DNA of 45,349 bases from the NCBI RefSeq assembly GCF_003334405.1, contig NZ_QOWM01000023.1; one strand, written 5' to 3'. How positions within the stretch are numbered: position 1 is the stretch's first letter; the number at the start of each line of letters is the position of its first letter. The notes beneath the pieces are model-generated. The model saw only the letters and a program-made list of their open reading frames with translations. It searched no databases and was not told the DNA's origin. Of the stretch, positions 37,152 to 45,349 are shown in pieces. A program made the position numbers and the translations under genes. The stretch is from Escherichia coli. Lineage in GTDB: Bacteria; Pseudomonadota; Gammaproteobacteria; Enterobacterales; Enterobacteriaceae.

Positions 37152-37895
37152 TTATGCAGGATTAGGAATATCAATAAAGGTCACATCAAGATCGGTATTT
37201 TCATTCAGCCACTCGCTCAATGCGCGAATACCACCACGTTCAGTGGCATGGTGACCTGCAGCATAAAAATGCAATCCCTGCTCGCGGGCTGAATGAATGG
37301 TCTGTTCAGAAACTTCGCCAGTAATAAAAGCATCCACGCCAAAACGCGCGGCGCTATCGATAAAACTTTGCCCGCCGCCCGTGCACCAGGCGACGCGCTG
37401 GACCACCTCAGGTCCGGTATCGCCACACCATAACGGCTTACGTCCCAGACGCGCTTCAATCCAGGAAGCCAGCTCCAGTCCCGGCACAGGCATGGTCAGT
37501 TCGCCCCACGGCACCAACGGCTCAATTTCGCCCATGACCGTGATCCCCAGTAACGCCGCCAGCTGTGCGTTATTGCCCAGCTCAGGATGTGCGTCAAGCG
37601 GCAAATGCCAGCCATACAGGTTGATATCATTCGCCAGCAACGTTTTTAAACGGTTACGCTTCATTCCGCGAATGACCGGAGACTCTCCTTTCCAGAAGTA
37701 GCCATGATGCACAATGACCGCATCCGCGCCCAGACGCACTGCCTCATCGAGCAAAGCCTGGCTGGCGGTGACACCGGTAACAATTTTTTGCACCGTCTCT
37801 TTGCCTTCCACCTGCAAACCATTCGGCGCGTAATCACTAATCGCCGCGCTGTTCAGTTTTTCGTTAATCAGTTGTTCCAGTTCGGTGTTTTTCAT
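37152..37895 (-). CDS. ybgI: Nif3-family metal-binding protein YbgI (GTP cyclohydrolase 1 type 2 homologue)
   Basis: 247 aa, MKNTELEQLINEKLNSAAISDYAPNGLQVEGKETVQKIVTGVTASQALLDEAVRLGADAVIVHHG. Confidence 0.93.
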   Translation of the reverse strand: MKNTELEQLINEKLNSAAISDYAPNGLQVEGKETVQKIVTGVTASQALLDEAVRLGADAVIVHHGYFWKGESPVIRGMKRNRLKTLLANDINLYGWHLPLDAHPELGNNAQLAALLGITVMGEIEPLVPWGELTMPVPGLELASWIEARLGRKPLWCGDTGPEVVQRVAWCTGGGQSFIDSAARFGVDAFITGEVSEQTIHSAREQGLHFYAAGHHATERGGIRALSEWLNENTDLDVTFIDIPNPA

Positions 37896-37982
37896 CTTCG
37901 CGCCTTCCGTATTCTGATAGCTACACCGTTAACATAGCGTTACCTCGCCAGTTCGTCGATAGCCAATCTTTTGACATATTAA

Positions 37983-39647
<1,665 letters not shown>

Positions 39648-39662
39648 TAGGCCAGCACCGAT

Positions 39663-39770
39663 GCCTGATGCGACGCTTGACGCGTCTTATCAGGCCTACG
39701 TATTTCCTGCAATTTATTGAATTTGCACAAATTTGTAGGCTGGATAAGGCGTTCACGCCGCATCCGGCAT
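39663..39770. repeat. REP (BIME) palindromic units between dtpD and phr
   Basis: GCCTGATGCGACGCTTGACGCGTCTTATCAGGCCTAC and the inverted GTAGGCTGGATAAGGCGTTCACGCCGCATCCGGC, separated by an AT-rich spacer. Confidence 0.85.
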
Positions 39771-39796
39771 CTGGGCTCGATTGCCTGACGCGTCTG

Positions 39797-41215
39797 TTAT
39801 TTCCCCTTCCGCGCCGCCTCATACGCTGCCAACGTTTGTACTCTCGCTTCTTTGTGCTCGACTATCGGTTGCGGATAATCCAGCGTCACACCTGCTTTCT
39901 GCGCCCACTTCCACGGCTCATGCACCACTTTCCCTGGCACATCGCGCAGTTCCGGTAGCCACTGGCGGATAAACTCGCCCTCATGATCAAATTTCTCGCC
40001 CTGGGTTGTCGGGTTGAAAATACGAAAATACGGCGCTGCATCGGTTCCGGTTGAAGCGGCCCACTGCCAGCCACCGTTATTGGCTGCCAAATCACCATCA
40101 ATCAGCTGCGACATGAAATATCGCTCGCCTTCGCGCCAGTCGATCAATAAATCTTTCACCAGAAAACTGGCTGTAATCATCCGTAGCCTGTTATGCATCC
40201 AGCCAGTGCTGTTAAGCTGACGCATAGCGGCATCAACAATCGGGTATCCCGTTTTGCCTTCCTGCCAGGCCTGTAAATGTGCGGGATTGCTCTGCCACTG
40301 TACACGATCCGTCCAGGCAATAAATGGACGATGTTTACACAACGAGGGGTGATACGTTATCAGGTGACGGTAAAACTCGCGCCAGATCAGCTCATTAAGC
40401 CAGACACTACCGGCCCCACCGTCCAGCGCCTGCGGCTGTTCAGCCAACAAGCGATGCAAGCACTGGCGAGGCGATAACCCGCCCGTTGCCAGGCTGGCCG
40501 ACAAACGGCTGGTGCCTTCCACTGCCGGAAAATCTCGTTGTTGCTCATATTCTCCGGCACCGTTCTGGCAAAACTGGCGTAATTGCGCAATCGCCGCTTT
40601 TTCTTCCACCGGAAAATGCGCAGTATCGAAAGACTGACGAGGATAATTCAGCGTAATGGATGGCGAGGGCTCTATCGATCCGCTACTACGAACTTTTGGC
40701 GCAGCGACGCACTCCGGCATCCCTTCCCGCAGCCGTTTCAGCCAGGCATTCTTAAAAGGCGTAAAGACTTTGTACATCTCGTGATTACCGGTCATCACCG
40801 CGCCAGGCGGCAGGATCACGCTGTCATCAAATCCTTCACACACCACGTTACGCAGCGCTCTTTCAACTTCCACATCCCGCGCCCGCTCATTCACTTCATA
40901 CTGATAGTTATAAAACAGGTGGGTAACGCTGTTTTCCGCGCACACCTGTTTAACTATTTCGACACTGGCGACAAAGTCATCCACTTCACGGAACAATAAA
41001 GGAATACCTTTTTCCGCAAGCGCTATTTGTAGCCCATTCAGTTGAGCATTGATAAGTTCAGCCTGACGCGGCGACATGTTATGCGTCGCCCACTGGCGTG
41101 GTGTAGCGATATACAACGCCAGCACGCGTGCAGACGAATTGCGGCAGGCGGCAGCCAGTGCGAGATTATCGTGCAGACGTAAATCCTGGCGAAACCAGAC
41201 CAGATGGGTAGTCAT
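39797..41215 (-). CDS. phr: Deoxyribodipyrimidine photolyase
   Basis: 472 aa, MTTHLVWFRQDLRLHDNLALAAACRNSSARVLALYIATPRQW, FAD-binding C-terminal domain. Confidence 0.97.
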   Translation of the reverse strand: MTTHLVWFRQDLRLHDNLALAAACRNSSARVLALYIATPRQWATHNMSPRQAELINAQLNGLQIALAEKGIPLLFREVDDFVASVEIVKQVCAENSVTHLFYNYQYEVNERARDVEVERALRNVVCEGFDDSVILPPGAVMTGNHEMYKVFTPFKNAWLKRLREGMPECVAAPKVRSSGSIEPSPSITLNYPRQSFDTAHFPVEEKAAIAQLRQFCQNGAGEYEQQRDFPAVEGTSRLSASLATGGLSPRQCLHRLLAEQPQALDGGAGSVWLNELIWREFYRHLITYHPSLCKHRPFIAWTDRVQWQSNPAHLQAWQEGKTGYPIVDAAMRQLNSTGWMHNRLRMITASFLVKDLLIDWREGERYFMSQLIDGDLAANNGGWQWAASTGTDAAPYFRIFNPTTQGEKFDHEGEFIRQWLPELRDVPGKVVHEPWKWAQKAGVTLDYPQPIVEHKEARVQTLAAYEAARKGK

Positions 41216-41721
41216 AAAACTCCTGAATGGCGCAAGTTAATCACACGCGGCCAAAGTTCGAAATAACGCTGCCCTGAAAGCCAGGCGTCAGGATAAAGCG
41301 CCATATAGTGTTTGATACGCATCAGCGGCGCAAGAAGTGGTTGCTCGCCACGGCGATAACTGTCGATAAGCGCAGCCAGCTGCTGGCGTTCTGTGGAATC
41401 AATATGCGGGCGAAAATAACCCTGAACGTGCATCAAAACATTGGTGTGATCGCGCGGGTTGGCGGGGTGAGAAAGCAAAACAACTACGCGTTGGCGGTAC
41501 TGGTTGTAATAGTCATCCAGATTTTGCCACTGGTGAATATCAGCCACGAACGGGCCAAGTTTGCGGTACTCCGGCTGAGAATGCGCCAGAAAGACGAGTT
41601 TATAGCGGCTGTGATAATCGAGAAGCGCCCCGCGCGTTAAGCCATGTTCTTTCAGTCGATGTAACTCATGAAGGGCAAAGATACGGATTAGGGTGCTGTC
41701 ATCAAATCGTTGTAGATTCAT
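41212..41721 (-). CDS. ybgA: DUF1722-family protein YbgA
   Basis: 169 aa, MNLQRFDDSTLIRIFALHELHRLKEHGLTRGALLDYHSRYK. Its stop overlaps the phr start (ATGA). Confidence 0.9.
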   Translation of the reverse strand: MNLQRFDDSTLIRIFALHELHRLKEHGLTRGALLDYHSRYKLVFLAHSQPEYRKLGPFVADIHQWQNLDDYYNQYRQRVVVLLSHPANPRDHTNVLMHVQGYFRPHIDSTERQQLAALIDSYRRGEQPLLAPLMRIKHYMALYPDAWLSGQRYFELWPRVINLRHSGVL

Positions 41722-41868
41722 TACTGCTCCTGAGCGGTTTACAGGAGTAAGTGTAGACGTTGAGAAATGATATTTGTGAAGTTAATCCTGTTGTAGCAGG
41801 ACAAATTTACGAAAGCCTGCTCCCCGCAAGGACTGACGTCAGGTAGTTTCTAACCATAGCTGCCCTTT

Positions 41869-42630
41869 CTATTCAAACGTGAAATCAATAAGCTCATCAG
41901 GGACATCGCAAACAATATGAAGACGGGTTTCTTCTCTGCCGTGACTCTTTTCACTAATTGCGTAACTGTCATGCTTGGGATTATTTAATTCTTTCAGCGG
42001 AAATTTTTCCTCGAAGGCTTTATTTAGCCGCCCCTGGTTTCCTTTTACAGCGAATAAATAATCACCTCCCTGTTTTTGTATCTTCTCTGCAATATCTTTC
42101 TGGCAACCCATCGCATCAGTTGTGATGATTTTTCCTTTAATATCCAGCATGTTAAGAAGTTCTGGGATAGCTGTAATCTCATTAGATTTCTCATCCGTCT
42201 TGATCTGTCCGATGACCAGACTGTGCATTGTTGAGAACGCACTAATGACATGAATCGCTCCCCTGCGGCGACTCTTGTCATAAGAGTGCCGGAGCGTTTT
42301 TCCATCAATTGCAATGACGTCTTTATCATCTGAAGAATGGCAGTCACGCATCCAGTTAATAAAGCACTCGTGAAATTTTGCAGGACTGATACAGGATACA
42401 ACTCTGGCAATGGTATCGTGAACAGGAATACCATTTTCAAAATCACCATATTGCTTCAAAAAATCGGGATGTGTTTCCCCAAAATCCTCTATATCTTCCC
42501 AGCCTTCTGCACCAGAAATAACGGCACAAATAGTCAACAGTAGAATATCCGATAACTTATGTTCCATTTTCCAGGCTTGTCTGTAATCGGGGATAATAGA
42601 AATATGTCCCATCAATTTTTTAAGTTCCAT
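41869..42630 (-). mobile_element. ybfD: H-repeat-associated ISAs1-family transposase, N-terminal 253-aa fragment
   Basis: 253-aa [24 protein letters not shown]...[24 protein letters not shown]. Paralogous to the adjacent copy and ends where a full-length ISAs1 transposase would continue, so C-terminally truncated. Confidence 0.85.
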
Positions 42631-42869
42631 TTTGTTCTCCTTAATTATGTAAGGAGTATTTGATCATGTGTAAGCAATAAAAAACAGCTTTAGGTAATAA
42701 GGAATATCTCAATTTTTAAACATAAAATGCGAATTGTTTAGTACAAAAAGTGAACTTCTGATGATCTTTCCCTGTGTTTAACGCAGCCTTCTTTCTTTTC
42801 CTCTTCACCCTTAATGTCTTTGCAATCTCTTAATAAATTCAGTGCCATCTTCTTTATTCCAGATATTAT

Positions 42870-43860
42870 TTAGGCTGCGTTTCCTCTTCTTATCCGGCTG
42901 GCATCTTCATTCATTTTTACATCTAACACCCAATGAAGACTGTGCTCGATCAGCCAGTGCGCTCTGATAGCATGTGCAAATTCTTTAGCATCCATATCCT
43001 TTGATGAAATATAATATCGGATGCTTACACCTTCTGCTGATTTATCTTCTTTCTTCTGCCTGAATGACAATGCTACACAAAGCTTTTTTAATCCCTTCCA
43101 TTCGAATTCAAAATCACAAAAGTTCAGGCGTTACGTTACTGACAATATGCAAACGTGTTTCTTTTCTTCCATGACTTATCTCCTGCGTACTAAACGAATC
43201 GCCTTTATAATTAGAAAACACATTTACAGGAAATTTTTCCTCGAATGCATGATGTAATTTCCCCTGATTGCCTTTTACTGCCAGAAGATAATCTGCTTTT
43301 TTATCTTTGATCTTCGAAGCGATATCTTTCTGACAGCCCATAGCATCAATGGTTATCAAATTTTTCTTTAAATACAGTAGGTTAAGCAACTCTGGAATGG
43401 CTGTAATCTCATTACTTTTGGCTTCCGTTTTCACCTGCCCCAGTACAACACCATTTTCGTTCGAGAATGCACTCACCATATGGATTGCTCCTTTTCTTTT
43501 TCCCTTATCAAAGGAGCCTCTTATGGTCTTTCCATCTATTGCTATAATTTCACCATCAGTGATTTCATGGCACTCCTGCATCCATTCAATAAACATCTTT
43601 TCAAAGGCCAAACTGTCAATGTTACTCACAACGCGTGCAATGGTGTCATCGACCGGAATGCCATTATCAAAATCACCATATTTCTTTAGCCATTCAAGTC
43701 TTTCATGTCCAAAATCTTCAATTTCCTGCCACTCATCGGCACCTGCAATTACTGCACATACGGTGAGAAACAAAATAGCAGATAATTTATGTTTAACCTT
43801 TCCTTGTTGTCGTATATCAGGGGTCACTGAAATATAATCAAGCAAACTTTGAATACTCAC
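42870..43860 (-). pseudogene. ybfL: Frameshifted, C-terminally truncated ISAs1-family (H-repeat) transposase
   Basis: The N-terminal part (43114-43860, 248 aa, MSIQSLLDYISVTPDIRQQGK...) stops at 43114. The continuation (...[65 protein letters not shown]) lies in another frame at 42870-43070 and ends short of the family's usual C-terminus. Confidence 0.8.
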
Positions 43861-44041
43861 CTGGCGTCCTTTTTTATCTTTTTAGTTATTCCAAAGGTTA
43901 AATTTTGATCACCTGTAGGCGTTAAAGCAAAGATGAAAATCGTGATTTACATCACAATTTTCATGATCTTGCCCTGCCCCGTCCCTTGCTCTCATGTCTT
44001 TCTGTATGTATTTTATATTTTTCTCTTTCTGGTGTTGTTCA

Positions 44042-44500
44042 TTATGACCATTTACCAATCCAGTCAAAAACTTCATTTTTCAAATTGTTATCATAATAAT
44101 CAACATCATAATAGTCTCCATAATTAATTATTTTATAACTAGCCTTCTTGTTTTTATCACTAAAATACACCCGTTGTTTTGTAGCGCAGAACTCCATATT
44201 CTCCAGTTTACTAATGTTTTTTAATCGCACGCTATAAAGAATATCATTGAAAAAATTAAGATTTATATCAACCACTCCACAGTGCGTCCTGTAATTATTA
44301 ACCATTATACTTATAAAATGACCATTCCCTCTACTAATTTTTTGGTCATTAATTATTTTATAAATAATATTTTTTTCAGAAAGATATATCTCAACGCTCT
44401 TTGGTGTTTTATGTCCATAAAATACGATGTCAGAATTTGAATTGTTATCAAACCCAAGGTAAACAACAAATAAACAAAGGGTAATTAAAAAAAATGACAA
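44042..44500 (-). CDS. Candidate Rhs-tip immunity protein (AT-rich ORF with N-terminal hydrophobic segment)
   Basis: 152-codon ORF beginning 8 bp after the Rhs-tip stop, with an apparent TTG start (the ORF-track 'M'). Strongly AT-rich with Asn/Ile/Lys/Tyr-rich composition and MSFFLITLCLFVVYLGF at the N-terminus. May correspond to K-12 ybfC; start codon uncertain. Confidence 0.6.
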   Translation of the reverse strand: MSFFLITLCLFVVYLGFDNNSNSDIVFYGHKTPKSVEIYLSEKNIIYKIINDQKISRGNGHFISIMVNNYRTHCGVVDINLNFFNDILYSVRLKNISKLENMEFCATKQRVYFSDKNKKASYKIINYGDYYDVDYYDNNLKNEVFDWIGKWS

Positions 44501-44508
44501 GTTTGCCT

Positions 44509-45349
44509 CTAATAATTTGAAGCATCTGAACTCCCTTGCTTTGCTTTTATTGGATTATCTGCTTTTATACCATCTAACCCGAAGAGTTGCCCAGTGTTAT
44601 ATTTTTCAATACATGCATCGCTACATTTGGCAGAAAAATCGCCACAAGCAATACCGACAGTGTTATTTTTAAGATCCATGATTCTTTCTTTAGCTGGCTG
44701 ACCTTGTCTATCCCCTGCCGCCTCATGATTTTTACCTATCACGTCAGCTATTGTTGATCCAAATGTCTTAGTCATTCGACACATCAAGTAACAATGTCTC
44801 ATTGCATCGGCGGCCCCATTATGAGCTCCGCCAACAATAGCATCCATATCATAACCGAACTGGTAAGCACTGTTAGTAATGCTGTTTGCAGCAATCAATC
44901 CAGGTACACCAGATACGGCATAAATTAGTCCACCTGATGTCATATTCTCAATCGCATCTAACCCCATTGGGTCTATCACTTGTATGGGATTCAACGGATA
45001 CTGATACATATTCCATCCACCTCTCAACCCAATCGGGTCCGGGGTGATATACCGCCCCTGCAACGGATCGTAGTGCCGGTGACGGTTATAGTACAGCCCC
45101 GACTCCTCATCATGCTGCTGCCCTGGCAGACGGTACGGCTGGTGCAGGTGATGCGGGTTCTCCTCATTAAGCTGGTTGCCCCATTCATCATACTCCCCGC
45201 GCCACGCCGTATTGCCGTCTTCGCTGATGAGCGCCAGCGGCAGGCCCCGGTGGTCGCAGTGGTAAAAATGAACTTTTCGCGCCGGTGTGTATTCCGGCTC
45301 CACCTGTCTGGCCAGTTGCTCCACCGTCAGCCCGCACTGCGCAAGCCAC
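44509..45349 (-). CDS. Rhs-family protein C-terminal region (partial; 5' end beyond the window): end of Rhs core plus variable toxin-like tip
   Basis: Reading frame is open to the window edge (...[37 protein letters not shown]...). It contains the core-terminal motif [27 protein letters not shown] (PxxxxDPxGL), then about 149 aa of unrelated AT-rich sequence to the stop at 44509. The ORF-track 'M' at 45324 is an internal GTG. May be K-12 ybfO. Confidence 0.8.
   Translation of the reverse strand, partial: WLAQCGLTVEQLARQVEPEYTPARKVHFYHCDHRGLPLALISEDGNTAWRGEYDEWGNQLNEENPHHLHQPYRLPGQQHDEESGLYYNRHRHYDPLQGRYITPDPIGLRGGWNMYQYPLNPIQVIDPMGLDAIENMTSGGLIYAVSGVPGLIAANSITNSAYQFGYDMDAIVGGAHNGAADAMRHCYLMCRMTKTFGSTIADVIGKNHEAAGDRQGQPAKERIMDLKNNTVGIACGDFSAKCSDACIEKYNTGQLFGLDGIKADNPIKAKQGSSDASNY

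Noticed and set aside
43933-44127. 64-aa plus-strand ORF in the AT-rich region between the H-repeat pseudogene and the immunity candidate.
   Set aside because: Low-complexity hydrophobic translation from AT-rich DNA, partly overlapping the better-supported minus-strand ORF; likely chance.

Overview
This window reads as Escherichia coli (K-12-like) chromosome, in reverse-complement orientation relative to the usual map, running from the lysT tRNA to the distal end of an Rhs element. Gene order on the window: tRNA-Lys, cpoB-pal-tolB-tolA-tolR-tolQ-ybgC (Tol-Pal), ybgE-cydX-cydB-cydA (cytochrome bd-I), mngB-mngA and mngR, sucDCBA and sdhBADC (TCA cycle), gltA, the cryptic chaperone-usher fimbrial operon ybgD-ybgQ-ybgP-ybgO, abrB, nei-pxpA-pxpC-pxpB-ybgI, dtpD, phr-ybgA, two decayed ISAs1-family (H-repeat) transposase copies, and an AT-rich Rhs C-terminal tip with a candidate immunity ORF that runs off the window end. 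Every sizeable ORF is accounted for by a known family; I found no unassigned multi-gene cluster and no evidence of a novel defence or secretion system. The parts worth a second look are the accessory end (Rhs tip and immunity candidate, H-repeat remnants), a tandem REP/BIME array inside the suc operon that appears one ~91-bp unit longer than I recall for MG1655, and small features the ORF track misses (cydX, the SdhX sRNA in the sucD 3' UTR). All calls rest on reading the translations and sequence by eye against remembered protein families and K-12 gene order; no searches or computations were run.
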